The notes under the pieces are model-generated. The model searched no databases and was not told the origin of the DNA. It saw nothing but the letters and a program-made list of their open reading frames with translations. A stretch of DNA of 33,385 bases from Candidatus Gottesmanbacteria bacterium (GTDB taxonomy: Bacteria; Patescibacteriota; Microgenomatia; UBA10105; UBA927): assembly GCA_016199185.1 (NCBI GenBank), contig JACQHE010000057.1:1-33385 (forward strand), in the 5' to 3' direction. A program made the translations under genes and the position numbers. Each line of letters opens with the position of its first letter. Position 1 is the first letter of the stretch. Below are positions 1 through 8,824 of the stretch, in pieces.

Positions 1-843
1 CGGCTTGACCTCGTGCACATCCCGTACTTCAATATCCCGATTTGTTACCCGGGAAAGATGGTGGTGACCATTCACGATTTGACCATCCTTCATTTCGATA
101 CCGGCAAAGCAACGACGCTCCCATACATCTTCTATAAACTCCGACGGTTGGGTTACAGAATTGTTATGGAGGTCGGACTGCGGCGGGTGAGCAAAATCAT
201 CGCAGTATCGCAAGCGACAAAACAAGAGCTTGTCGATCATTTTCATCTGAATCCAGAAAAGATAATAGTGACCTACGAAAGCGTTGATAAAAGACTTAAG
301 ACTCAAGACTTAAGACTCAAGGTTCATGAAAGGCTTATTAAACATCCGTACTTGCTCTATGTTGGTAATGCGTATCCACATAAGAATTTGGAAACGCTTG
401 TACGAGCGATGATTCCCATTAAAAATGTAAAGCTCGTTTTGGTGGGTAAAGAAGATTATTTTTATGCTCGACTGGAAAAATTTGTTGAGCAGCAACGAGT
501 TAAGGACTCTGTTGTTTTTTTTGGTCAAGCAAATGATGAGCAACTCGTGAATCTTTACGCGCATGCAAAAGCTCTTGTATTTCCGTCTCTCATGGAAGGG
601 TTCGGGCTCCCGGGACTTGAGGCGTTAGCGTTAGGTTGTCCCGTCATCGCATCGGATATCCCGGTGTTTCACGAAATATTGGGAGACAACGCGACATATT
701 TCCATCCGAATGATGTAGACGACCTCGCCGGAAAACTTCTGTCTGTCAGGCGCACAAATAAACGCATCATGTTAAACAAATTTTCCTGGTCAAGGCTCGC
801 TTCGGAAACGCTGGCAATTTATGAAAGTTGCGCTCGTGTATGA
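1..843 (+). CDS. Glycosyltransferase, GT-B fold (GT4/GT1 family), 5' end cut by window edge
   Basis: Frame 1 is open from nt 1 (RLDLVHIPYFN...). It carries the C-terminal GT-B motif EGFGLPGLEALALGCPVIASDIPVFHEILGD. Stop at 841-843. Confidence 0.85.
   Translation, partial: RLDLVHIPYFNIPICYPGKMVVTIHDLTILHFDTGKATTLPYIFYKLRRLGYRIVMEVGLRRVSKIIAVSQATKQELVDHFHLNPEKIIVTYESVDKRLKTQDLRLKVHERLIKHPYLLYVGNAYPHKNLETLVRAMIPIKNVKLVLVGKEDYFYARLEKFVEQQRVKDSVVFFGQANDEQLVNLYAHAKALVFPSLMEGFGLPGLEALALGCPVIASDIPVFHEILGDNATYFHPNDVDDLAGKLLSVRRTNKRIMLNKFSWSRLASETLAIYESCARV
291..321 (+). repeat. Tandem heptanucleotide repeat AAGACTT/AAGACTC x4 plus partial unit, inside the glycosyltransferase CDS
   Basis: Direct reading: aagactt aagactc aagactt aagactc aag. 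It encodes KRLKTQDLRLK. Confidence 0.9.
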
Positions 844-1912
844 CCGAATCAACAAGTGGGGTGGGGCGGAGCGGGTGCTACTGGCTCTTCACGAGATTTG
901 GCCGGAGGCGCCGCTTTTTACCGCGGTCTATGACCCGGGTCGCGCGCAGTGGGCCGATGTATTTGTTGTTAAATCGTCATTCATGCAGTATATTCCCTTC
1001 GCAAAAAACCACCACGAGTGGTTTGCATGGCTAACCCCTATGGCGTTTGAGTCGTTTTCGTTTGATGAGTTTGACGTCGTCATAAGCGTCACGTCTGCAG
1101 AAGCCAAGTGCGTCATTACGAAGCCACATACTCTGCATATCTGTTATTGCCTGACGCCGACGCGGTATCTGTGGAGCGGACACGATGTGTACGCCAAAGA
1201 CTCCAAGATGCTTCGACTGCTGACCCCCGCACTCCGGCGTTGGGATAGGATAGGAAGTTCACGGCCCGACTATTACATTGCGATATCCGATCGTGTGAAG
1301 GAAAGGATACAAACGTATTATGGGAAACATGCCGAAGCGGTGATTTATCCGCCGGTTGACATTGATCAGTTTGACGTCAGGAAACAAACAAAAGACTTTT
1401 ATCTCGTTGTTTCGAGACTCGTTCCGTATAAACGAATAGATCTTATTGTCGATGCGTTTAATACGCTTCAGTTACCGTTGGTGATAATCGGTTCGGGCAC
1501 CGAAGAGCGGTTGCTTCGCGCCAAAGCATCTGGTACCATCTCGTTTGTTTCCTCGCATTTGACAGACGCGGCGCTTGCTGCCTATTATGGAAGTTGCCGC
1601 GCTTTTTTGTCCGCGGCCGATGAGGACTTTGGCATTGCTGCCGTTGAGGCGCAGGCCGCCGGTAAACCGGTCATTGCATTTGCCCAGAGCGCGACAGCGG
1701 AGATCGTGCAGAATGGGAAGACGGGAATAGTGTTTGGGAACCAATCCAAACAAAGCATTATTGATGCAGTAAAGAAATTACAAAAGATAGTGATACGGCC
1801 TAAGGACTGCGTGGAGAACGCGCAGCGGTTTGCCAAAGAGCGATTCGTCAAAGAAATGAAAGATATCATTTATAATCTTTATAACGATTATACACGTTAT
1901 AACTTATCATGA
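821..1912 (+). CDS. Glycosyltransferase, GT4 family
   Basis: 363-aa ORF starting MKVALVYDRINKWGGAERVL. It has the GT-B C-terminal motif DEDFGIAAVEAQAAGKPVIAF and overlaps the upstream GT by 23 nt. Confidence 0.88.
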   Translation: MKVALVYDRINKWGGAERVLLALHEIWPEAPLFTAVYDPGRAQWADVFVVKSSFMQYIPFAKNHHEWFAWLTPMAFESFSFDEFDVVISVTSAEAKCVITKPHTLHICYCLTPTRYLWSGHDVYAKDSKMLRLLTPALRRWDRIGSSRPDYYIAISDRVKERIQTYYGKHAEAVIYPPVDIDQFDVRKQTKDFYLVVSRLVPYKRIDLIVDAFNTLQLPLVIIGSGTEERLLRAKASGTISFVSSHLTDAALAAYYGSCRAFLSAADEDFGIAAVEAQAAGKPVIAFAQSATAEIVQNGKTGIVFGNQSKQSIIDAVKKLQKIVIRPKDCVENAQRFAKERFVKEMKDIIYNLYNDYTRYNLS

Positions 1913-2991
1913 ATGCAGTCATATTTGCAGGAGGCGTGGGGACCAGGCTCTGGCCGCTGTCACGCAAAAAGTCGCCCAAGCAATTTGAGAAAATCATCGG
2001 CAACAAATCCACGCTGCAGCTTGCGGCCGAGCGGCTGCAGCCGGATTTCCCATGGGACCACGTGTATGTTGCTACCGGCCGAACGTACGTGCCGATCGTG
2101 CAGGAGCAACTGCCGAAACTTCCTCCAACCCATGTCATCGGCGAGCCGGAAGTTCGCGACGTAGGACCTGCGGTGGGACTTATGGCCGCCATTCTCGCGC
2201 GTGAGTCTTCGGACGAGCCTATGGCCATTCTCTGGAGTGATCACCTGGTCCGCAAAGACGCGCTCTTTCGTAAAATTCTTCGCGTTGCCGGTGAGTATAT
2301 CCACGGGAATCCGGAGAAGATTATTTTTGTCGCTCAAAAACCCCGTTTTCCCAGCGAAAATTTGGGATGGATCGAGTACGGTGAATCGCTGACGGAAAAA
2401 GAAGGGATCGTTTTTCACGCATTTATCGATTGTCAGTACCGGCCGGGAAAAGAAACAGCGCAACGGTATTTTGAAAGCGGGCATCACGGATGGAATCTGG
2501 GGTACTTCGTGACCTCGCCTCGATTTCTTCTTGCTCTGTATGAACGGTTTGTCCCCAACGTATACGCCGGGCTTGAACGAATCGCCCAGTCGTGGCATTC
2601 GGGTACGGCGGCCGAAGTATTAGAGCGTGTATATCCTACGTTGGAAAAGATAAGTTTTGACAACGCGATTTTAGAAAAGCTTGATCCCTCCCAGGCGCTG
2701 GTGATTTCAGAAAACATCGAGTGGAGCGATATTGGCGCCTGGGAAGCGCTCAAAGAAGCGCTTGAGGAAGCAGAAGAGAAAAACGTGACACAAGGGAAAG
2801 TGATGCTCAATGATACGCAGGATAGCCTTGTGTATAACTATACGGATCAGCTGGTGGTCACGATAGATCTGGACGATATGCTGATCGTCAACACGGGCGA
2901 CGTGGTTCTTGTGTGCAAAAAAGGGTCAGTGTCCAAGATCAAAAAACTCGTGGAGCGCATGACCGGGACCCAAAACGACCACCTGACGTAA
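1909..2991 (+). CDS. NDP-sugar pyrophosphorylase (mannose-1-phosphate guanylyltransferase-like)
   Basis: N-terminal nucleotidyltransferase signature AGGVGTRLWPLSRKKSPKQF. ATGA overlap with the upstream gene. Confidence 0.85.
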   Translation: MNAVIFAGGVGTRLWPLSRKKSPKQFEKIIGNKSTLQLAAERLQPDFPWDHVYVATGRTYVPIVQEQLPKLPPTHVIGEPEVRDVGPAVGLMAAILARESSDEPMAILWSDHLVRKDALFRKILRVAGEYIHGNPEKIIFVAQKPRFPSENLGWIEYGESLTEKEGIVFHAFIDCQYRPGKETAQRYFESGHHGWNLGYFVTSPRFLLALYERFVPNVYAGLERIAQSWHSGTAAEVLERVYPTLEKISFDNAILEKLDPSQALVISENIEWSDIGAWEALKEALEEAEEKNVTQGKVMLNDTQDSLVYNYTDQLVVTIDLDDMLIVNTGDVVLVCKKGSVSKIKKLVERMTGTQNDHLT

Positions 2992-2994
2992 CCT

Positions 2995-3633
2995 ATGTGG
3001 TACGAAGTTATCAAGCGGCTGATAGACCTTCTGGGAAGTATTGTACTCAGTATCGTATTTGCGCCAGTTGCCATTATCACGGCAATTGCCATCACGCTGG
3101 ATAGTCCGGGGCCGGTGCTTGCAGACACGCCGCGCCGGGTTGGCAAAGGCGGCGGCCTCTTTCGGATTTACAAGTTTCGCTCGATGATCGTCAATGCACA
3201 TGCGAAACTCCGTACTGACCCCAAGCTCGCCAGACTCTATTCCCAGTACAAGCGTAATAGCTATAAACTCAAAGAGGACCCCAGGGTGACGAAGGTAGGC
3301 AAGTTTATACGGAGGCACTCTCTCGATGAGATTCCGCAGCTTATCAATGTCATGCGCGGTGAGATGAGCTTGGTTGGTCCCCGGCCGTATTACCAGGATG
3401 AACTTGTCCAACAGCAGAGGAAATATCCGCATACGAAAGATTTGGTTTCCGTGGTGCTTTCTGCTAAGCCGGGCATCACCGGGTACTGGCAGGTGTCGGG
3501 GCGAAGCGAGGTAAACTTCGACAAGCGCATTAAAATGGATGCTGATTACGTGCGAAAGCGATCGATACTTCTGGATATCACTATACTTCTCAAAAGCCCC
3601 TGGGCCATGATTTCCGGGAAAGGAGCTGTGTGA
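2995..3633 (+). CDS. Polyprenyl-phosphate sugar phosphotransferase (bacterial sugar transferase family, small monotopic type)
   Basis: N-terminal hydrophobic helix, then KFRSM and DEIPQLINVMRGEMSLVGPRP motifs typical of the WbaP/PglC-type family. Confidence 0.9.
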   Translation: MWYEVIKRLIDLLGSIVLSIVFAPVAIITAIAITLDSPGPVLADTPRRVGKGGGLFRIYKFRSMIVNAHAKLRTDPKLARLYSQYKRNSYKLKEDPRVTKVGKFIRRHSLDEIPQLINVMRGEMSLVGPRPYYQDELVQQQRKYPHTKDLVSVVLSAKPGITGYWQVSGRSEVNFDKRIKMDADYVRKRSILLDITILLKSPWAMISGKGAV

Positions 3634-3646
3634 TACAATATTGCTT

Positions 3647-5611
3647 ATGCCAGATTTCCTGAAAAAAATTTCTTTGGAAACCGCGCCGCAGATAGAACGT
3701 CCCAAGCGGCGTTTTCGCTGGAAGATTATTGGTATTCCCCTGGGCGTTCTTCTTGTTTTTTTCCTGATTATCGCGGTCATGTTACTCCCGATGCGGGGAG
3801 TGATCGCCGCTGCGCGCGAGACCATGGCCGCCGGGCGTGAACTTGGGGCGGCGGTGAAAAATCAGGATTTGGAGCTGGCAAAAGCAGGACTCGCTACCAC
3901 CCGGGAAAAGCTTACTATTCTCTCGGCTGAATACAAAAAAATGACGGCGCTCAAAGCAGTTCCCATCTTGGGCAGGTATATAGCCGACGGCGAGCATGGC
4001 ATCAATGCCGCCTTTGCCGGTCTTGCGGCCGGAGATAAAGCTATAGAGGCGTTGGAACCTAACGCGGATCTTTTGGGACTTAAAGGCGAGAGTAAGTTCG
4101 TATCCGGCACCGCTGACGAGCGGCTCCAGACGGCAGTCAAGACCATGAGCGCCCTCACCCCGAAAGTCAACGAAATGGCGGTCCACATCGAAACGCTGCG
4201 AAAAGAAATCGATGCTATAGACCCCAACCGATACCCTGCAACAATTGGCAAAACGATTGTGCGGGAACAAATTGTGCAAATGAAAGAGGTCATAGAAAAT
4301 GCAGCCAACCTCTTTGTCAACGCGCAGCCCCTGCTTATCAATCTTCCAAAGCTTTTAGGAGACAAAGAAGAGATGCGTTACCTGGTACTTTTCCAAAACG
4401 ATAAGGAGCTGCGCCCTACCGGCGGCTTCATCACCGCGTACGCACAGTTTCGGCTTGTAAAAGGGAAGGCAATTTTGGAAAAGGCCGATGATATTTATGC
4501 GTTGGACGGCGCCAAAAAGAAGAACTTTCCGGCCCCCCGGGAGATTACGACGTTTCACAAAGGCGTCTACAACCTCAATATCAGAGACTCCAATCTAAGC
4601 CCTGATTTTAAGCTTGCCATGCGGCAATTTGAGGAGCTCTACGATGCCGTATCCGGTAAAGAAAAAATTGACGGCATCTGGGCCGTGGATACCCACGTTC
4701 TGGTAGAGGCGCTTAAGATTTTGGGACCCACGTACGTGTATGGCCGCGAGTTCAGCGCCGAAACGGATAAGCGCTGCGATTGCCCCAAGGCCGTCTATGA
4801 GCTGGAGGACTACTCCACCCGGCCCGTGGGGTATCTTCGCGGCGCCAGAAAAGACATCATCGGCGTGCTCCTGCAGACGATCTTGCAGAAAGCGCTCGGG
4901 GTTTCTCCGTCCCAGTATTGGGGACAACTATTCCAGATGCTTCTAGCGGAAATCAACGAGAAGCACGTCCTTGCCTACTTCCACGACAGCGATGCACAGC
5001 TTGCGGCCGAGAGCTTTAACATGGCCGGCCGCATCATGGTTGCCACGGAGTCGGCAACGCTCCTTAAATATCAGGAAGGAAAAGGGTGGGATTACCTTCA
5101 CATCAATGGGAGTAACATGGCCGGCGCCAAAGCCAACATGTTTGTTTCCGAAAAAGTCAACAAAGATGTTTCTGTAGGAAGCGACGGAACCATTACGACC
5201 AAGCTCGCCCTCGAGTACAAAAATCCCTATCCCGGGAGCGACTGCGGGTTGGAAAGCGGGGGACTTTGTCTCAACGCTCCGCTTCGCAACTGGGTGCGCG
5301 TCTACGTACCGACGGGCAGCAAGCTTACGGAAAGCAAAGGCGCCCAGTCGCCAAAAGACAATAAGCCGGTGGATTTGGAGACCTACGACAGCCTGGGCAA
5401 GACGGTATTTGAAGGATTTTTGATCGTCAACCCGTTAGGCACCGCGCGGCTTGACCTCACCTACACCTCGCCCATCAAGTCCGATGACGGCAAATACAAG
5501 CTCCTCGTCCAGAAACAGCCCGGCACGGACGGGAATGAATATACCATCAAACTCGGCGGACGCGAGCGCAAAAAGTTTGAGCTAACGACGGACACGGAGA
5601 TCGTGTTGTAG
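3647..5611 (+). CDS. DUF4012-like membrane-anchored extracytoplasmic protein
   Basis: N-terminal TM (WKIIGIPLGVLLVFFLIIAVMLL) and the block YLVLFQNDKELRPTGGFITAYAQF, which I recognise as DUF4012-like. ATG at 3647; the ORF track uses TTG at 3641. Confidence 0.75.
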   Translation: MPDFLKKISLETAPQIERPKRRFRWKIIGIPLGVLLVFFLIIAVMLLPMRGVIAAARETMAAGRELGAAVKNQDLELAKAGLATTREKLTILSAEYKKMTALKAVPILGRYIADGEHGINAAFAGLAAGDKAIEALEPNADLLGLKGESKFVSGTADERLQTAVKTMSALTPKVNEMAVHIETLRKEIDAIDPNRYPATIGKTIVREQIVQMKEVIENAANLFVNAQPLLINLPKLLGDKEEMRYLVLFQNDKELRPTGGFITAYAQFRLVKGKAILEKADDIYALDGAKKKNFPAPREITTFHKGVYNLNIRDSNLSPDFKLAMRQFEELYDAVSGKEKIDGIWAVDTHVLVEALKILGPTYVYGREFSAETDKRCDCPKAVYELEDYSTRPVGYLRGARKDIIGVLLQTILQKALGVSPSQYWGQLFQMLLAEINEKHVLAYFHDSDAQLAAESFNMAGRIMVATESATLLKYQEGKGWDYLHINGSNMAGAKANMFVSEKVNKDVSVGSDGTITTKLALEYKNPYPGSDCGLESGGLCLNAPLRNWVRVYVPTGSKLTESKGAQSPKDNKPVDLETYDSLGKTVFEGFLIVNPLGTARLDLTYTSPIKSDDGKYKLLVQKQPGTDGNEYTIKLGGRERKKFELTTDTEIVL

Positions 5612-5618
5612 TCTTCCT

Positions 5619-6188
5619 ATGACCTCACCCGGGCGCGTCTCCTTGGCGCATGCGATCGTCCTCAAACGCAGAAACGTGGGCGAGGCAGACCGGATCCTTA
5701 CCATTTTTTCCAAAGAATATGGCCGGATGCGCGTGGTAGCCAAAGGAGTACGCCGCGTCCACAGCAGACGCGCGCCTCATCTGGAGATCTTTTCTCATGC
5801 AACGCTCGTCCTCCATAAAGGAAAAACATGGGAGAGTGTGTCAGAGGTGACCCCTATTGACGCATTCCCGGTTCTGCGCGCGTATCTCCCTCGGGTAAGC
5901 GCGGCATACTATCTTTGTGAGCTTGTTGACGCGTTACTTCCTGAACGGCAAGAACATCGGGATATTTACACGCTTCTTCTCGGAGCATTGACGATGCTTA
6001 ACGATACCGTGGAGAGTGACCCGGTGGTAGTAAGCGAGCAGTTTGCCCTTGAGCTTTTGCGATGCCTCGGGTATCTCGCCCGCGATCGTATCTTACCGAC
6101 GGGCCAAATCGAGCCGTATATCGAACGGATTATCGAGAAACACCTGCGCACCCCCAAGATTCTTGCTCAACTTTCTGCTACAATTTGA
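5619..6188 (+). CDS. recO: DNA repair protein RecO (short form)
   Basis: OB-fold N-terminus AIVLKRRNVGEADRILTIFSKEYGRMRVVAKGVRR. At 189 aa it is shorter than classical RecO. Confidence 0.8.
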   Translation: MTSPGRVSLAHAIVLKRRNVGEADRILTIFSKEYGRMRVVAKGVRRVHSRRAPHLEIFSHATLVLHKGKTWESVSEVTPIDAFPVLRAYLPRVSAAYYLCELVDALLPERQEHRDIYTLLLGALTMLNDTVESDPVVVSEQFALELLRCLGYLARDRILPTGQIEPYIERIIEKHLRTPKILAQLSATI

Positions 6189-6190
6189 TT

Positions 6191-7474
6191 ATGGCATCGA
6201 TGGATGATATTTCAGCTCTTGCAAAACGGCGAGGATTTATTTATCCCGGGAGCGAAATTTACGGAGGGATAGCCGGATTCTGGGATTATGGGCCTCTGGG
6301 CGTGGAACTCAAAAACAACATTAAACGCGCCTGGTGGCGACAAATGGTATATGAGCGTGAAGACGTGGTGGGGATGGATGCCGCGATTATTATGAACCCG
6401 AAGGTTTGGGAAGCGTCGGGGCATACGAGCTCATTTACCGATCCTCTGGTAGAGTGCAAGATTTGTCACAAGCGTTTCCGTTCGGATAAGCCCGAGCAGT
6501 TGGCGGCGCATGAAAAAGATCACAATGAGCCTGTTGAATGGACCCAGCCCAAGAAATTTAATCTCTTGACTGAAGTGCTTTTGGGCGCAACCGAACCCAA
6601 GATGACAGCGTATCTTCGCGGAGAAATTACGCAGGGAGTATTTGTGAACTTCAGAAACGTCGTTGACTCAACGCGAGTGAAAGTTCCATTCGGGATTGCC
6701 CAGATCGGAAAAGCCTTCCGCAATGAAATTACCCCCGGAAACTTTACGTTTAGGAGTCGTGAGTTTGAACAGATGGAGCTTGAGTATTTTGTCAAACCCG
6801 ATGAAAAGACTGCGGCAGAGCTTTTTGAATACTGGAAGCAGGAACGGATGCGCTGGTACGTATCTTTGGGAATGACCAAGGATAGCCTGCGGTTTCGGGA
6901 TCACGAATCGGACGAGCGTGTGTTTTATGCAAAATTCGCGACAGACATTGAGTATAACGCGCCCTTCGGGTGGAGTGAGTTTGAAGGAATTCACCATCGT
7001 GGTGATTGGGATCTGTCGCGCCACAAGCTTACGTATGCCGATCCGGAGACCGGTGAAACGTACAAGCCCTGGGTGATTGAGACGTCCGGAGGCGTGGATC
7101 GGGCGGCCTTATTTTTTCTCATTGATGCCTACCGTGAGGATGGAAAGCGCGTTATTCTTGGGTTACATCCAAAATTGGCGCCGGTGAAAGCTGCCGTATT
7201 TCCCTTAGTGGCAAATAAGCCGGATATCGTGGATAAGGCACGGGCAGTGTACGGGCTTCTGAAGAAGCGTTTTGTCGCGGGCTGGGATGATCGGGGAAAT
7301 ATCGGGAAGCGCTACCTTGCGCAAGATGAAATCGGCACCCCGTGGTGCGTGACCATCGATTATGATACGCTAAAAGATGATAGTGTAACTGTACGAGATC
7401 GGGATACCACAAAGCAGGAACGGGTGAACATTGACCAATTGATACATTACATGGAGGAGAAATATGAAAAATAA
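6191..7474 (+). CDS. glyQS: Glycine--tRNA ligase (homodimeric GlyQS type)
   Basis: MASMDDISALAKRRGFIYPGSEIYGGIAGFWDYGPLG is a typical GlyRS N-terminus. The ATG at 6191 follows the recO stop. The 6062 start in the ORF track overlaps recO and is rejected. Confidence 0.92.
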   Translation: MASMDDISALAKRRGFIYPGSEIYGGIAGFWDYGPLGVELKNNIKRAWWRQMVYEREDVVGMDAAIIMNPKVWEASGHTSSFTDPLVECKICHKRFRSDKPEQLAAHEKDHNEPVEWTQPKKFNLLTEVLLGATEPKMTAYLRGEITQGVFVNFRNVVDSTRVKVPFGIAQIGKAFRNEITPGNFTFRSREFEQMELEYFVKPDEKTAAELFEYWKQERMRWYVSLGMTKDSLRFRDHESDERVFYAKFATDIEYNAPFGWSEFEGIHHRGDWDLSRHKLTYADPETGETYKPWVIETSGGVDRAALFFLIDAYREDGKRVILGLHPKLAPVKAAVFPLVANKPDIVDKARAVYGLLKKRFVAGWDDRGNIGKRYLAQDEIGTPWCVTIDYDTLKDDSVTVRDRDTTKQERVNIDQLIHYMEEKYEK

Positions 7475-7931
7475 AATGATCATTCTTTTTATCGTCCTAG
7501 GGCTTCTTTTGGGAGGGACGGGGTTTGTGGTCTATAAGGCCTTTGCGCCCGCTCCCAAAATCGCCCAGGTGGTGGAAGAGGAAATGCCGGCGGAAGAAGT
7601 GGAGCCGCTGGACCGCTCGATCGTGGTGGATGTGACCAAGAGCAGAGTCAAGCATAACACCGTGGTTCTCTCCGTGAGCGGCTTGGGCGGCAAGGTACGA
7701 AGCATTGCCTATGAGCTTAGCTACACGAGTCAGGGCATCGTGCAGGGGGTGACCAGTAAACCCGTAGATGTGTCAGGGAAAGACTCGTTTGTGCGCGACG
7801 ATATCTACTTAGGAACGTGCTCTCGTAATGTCTGTAGGCCCCACCTTGGCGTCAAAAGTGTCACCGTTGTCTTGGAGTTTACCAATGCTTCCGGCAAAAA
7901 GAGCCAGTTCTCCAAAGAGTATGAATTTTAA
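7464..7931 (+). CDS. Hypothetical membrane-anchored protein
   Basis: GGAGGAG lies 4 nt upstream of the ATG. The protein has an N-terminal TM (IILFIVLGLLLGGTGFVVY), an acidic linker and a beta-rich C-terminal domain. No family recognised. Confidence 0.6.
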   Translation: MKNKMIILFIVLGLLLGGTGFVVYKAFAPAPKIAQVVEEEMPAEEVEPLDRSIVVDVTKSRVKHNTVVLSVSGLGGKVRSIAYELSYTSQGIVQGVTSKPVDVSGKDSFVRDDIYLGTCSRNVCRPHLGVKSVTVVLEFTNASGKKSQFSKEYEF

Positions 7932-8139
7932 ATGTTCGTATGGTTGTTATTTCGAAAACATGGCTTGAAATACTGTCAGATTTTTTTTTAATATCGCTGC
8001 GGCCTGGATTGCCGTTGTTTTTATTGAGCCGCAATTGGGATTATCAAATGTTTGGGGATTGATCTTTAAATTTCTGCTTGGTATTCTAAGTTTGACAGTT
8101 GCTAAGCGATTTCGAGAGGAGGCAAAAAAATATGCTTAA
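7932..8139 (+). other. Possible small hydrophobic protein gene split by a T9 tract
   Basis: A 19-codon ATG ORF (MFVWLLFRKHGLKYCQIFF) ends at TAA 7989-7991, at the end of the T9 run (7981-7989). The +1 frame continues without a start codon as NIAAAWIAVVFIEPQLGLSNVWGLIFKFLLGILSLTVAKRFREEAKKYA, with its stop at 8137-8139. Confidence 0.3.
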
Positions 8140-8257
8140 TTTTAGTACTATCACAAATAACGTTGCAGTCATGTACGCTCTGCTTCTTATCATCGTGCTT
8201 CTTATGTATATTGCCTTTTACAAGAAATCTCCTCCACGGAAGTCTGCGAGTAAATAA
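8132..8257 (+). CDS. Possible 41-aa small membrane protein
   Basis: GAGGAGG at 8116-8122 precedes the ATG at 8132. Product: MLNFSTITNNVAVMYALLLIIVLLMYIAFYKKSPPRKSASK, with a single TM and a basic tail. Too short for the ORF track. Confidence 0.35.
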   Translation: MLNFSTITNNVAVMYALLLIIVLLMYIAFYKKSPPRKSASK

Positions 8258-8356
8258 TTATTTTTTAGACCTACGGACTCGTCAGACTCCAGCCTCTATC
8301 GGTGTCAAAAAAACTGCGGCCGCAAGTAAAATGATCCCTTCGTGAAAACTCACCCC

Positions 8357-8419
8357 TTGACACGCCGTGAAAAATGGGAGAGTATGGATATAAATGGGAA
8401 GAAGTGGTAGACTTGGGAC
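8357..8419 (+). promoter_or_regulatory. Putative dcw promoter with phased MraZ-box-like repeats
   Basis: TTGACA at 8357-8362. TGGGA/TGGAT/TGGGA/TGGTA begin at 8375, 8385, 8395 and 8405, an exact 10-nt phasing. A further TGGGA sits at 8414-8418, 1 nt before the mraZ ATG. Confidence 0.55.
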
Positions 8420-8824
8420 ATGAAGTTATTCCTTGGGGAGTATGACCATGCTTTAGACGATCGGGGCCGCGTAACGCTCCCGCGTAAGATCAGGCAAGAG
8501 ATAGAAGATCGGGAAATAGTATTAGCCAAAGGATTTGATCCATGCATCTTTGGGTTTGATAAAGGGAGCTGGGAGCACGAAGCGGCCAAACACTTGGAGG
8601 CGCCGGTCACGGACGAAAGGGCTCGAAACTTACGACGATACCTGTTTGCCGGTGCGCAAAAAATAGAGGTGGATAAGCTTGGACGCATACTCTTGCCTGC
8701 CCAGCTCAAGGAATACGCTTCTATCGGCGGAGAAGTCGTGGTGATCGGCGCGGGAGATCATTTTGAGATTTGGGATAAGAGCAATTGGGAGAGATATGAA
8801 AAAGCACACGCCGGTCATGGTTGA
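8420..8824 (+). CDS. mraZ: Transcriptional regulator MraZ
   Basis: Duplicated DxxGRxxxP motifs (DDRGRVTLPRKIR and DKLGRILLPAQLK). First gene of the dcw cluster. Confidence 0.93.
   Translation: MKLFLGEYDHALDDRGRVTLPRKIRQEIEDREIVLAKGFDPCIFGFDKGSWEHEAAKHLEAPVTDERARNLRRYLFAGAQKIEVDKLGRILLPAQLKEYASIGGEVVVIGAGDHFEIWDKSNWERYEKAHAGHG

Noticed and set aside
2926-3825. Long antisense ORFs: 2926-3825 (299 aa), 1960-2598 (212 aa), 18622-19353 (243 aa), 26380-27084 (234 aa), 11419-11895 (158 aa) and many shorter ones.
   Set aside because: All lie entirely opposite well-supported + strand genes with clear family motifs. Their products are Arg/Pro/Ser/Gly-rich low-complexity sequences typical of shadow ORFs. 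None has a recognisable domain or a ribosome-binding site.
6062-6190. Upstream-extended starts in the ORF track: glyQS at 6062, pgeF at 12617, the DUF3800 gene at 16858, murB at 17655, femAB at 25534, the PP-loop protein at 28019, rsmH at 8763 and ftsL at 9515.
   Set aside because: Each extension overlaps the 3' end of the preceding gene or reads through a repeat element. Each adds residues absent from the conserved N-termini of the respective families. Internal ATGs giving canonical N-termini were chosen instead.
8163-8345. 60-aa ORF (TTG start) in the mraZ upstream gap.
   Set aside because: It is a Cys/Leu-rich low-complexity translation with no RBS. It overlaps the better-supported RBS-preceded 41-aa ORF in another frame and runs toward the promoter region. 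It is likely spurious.
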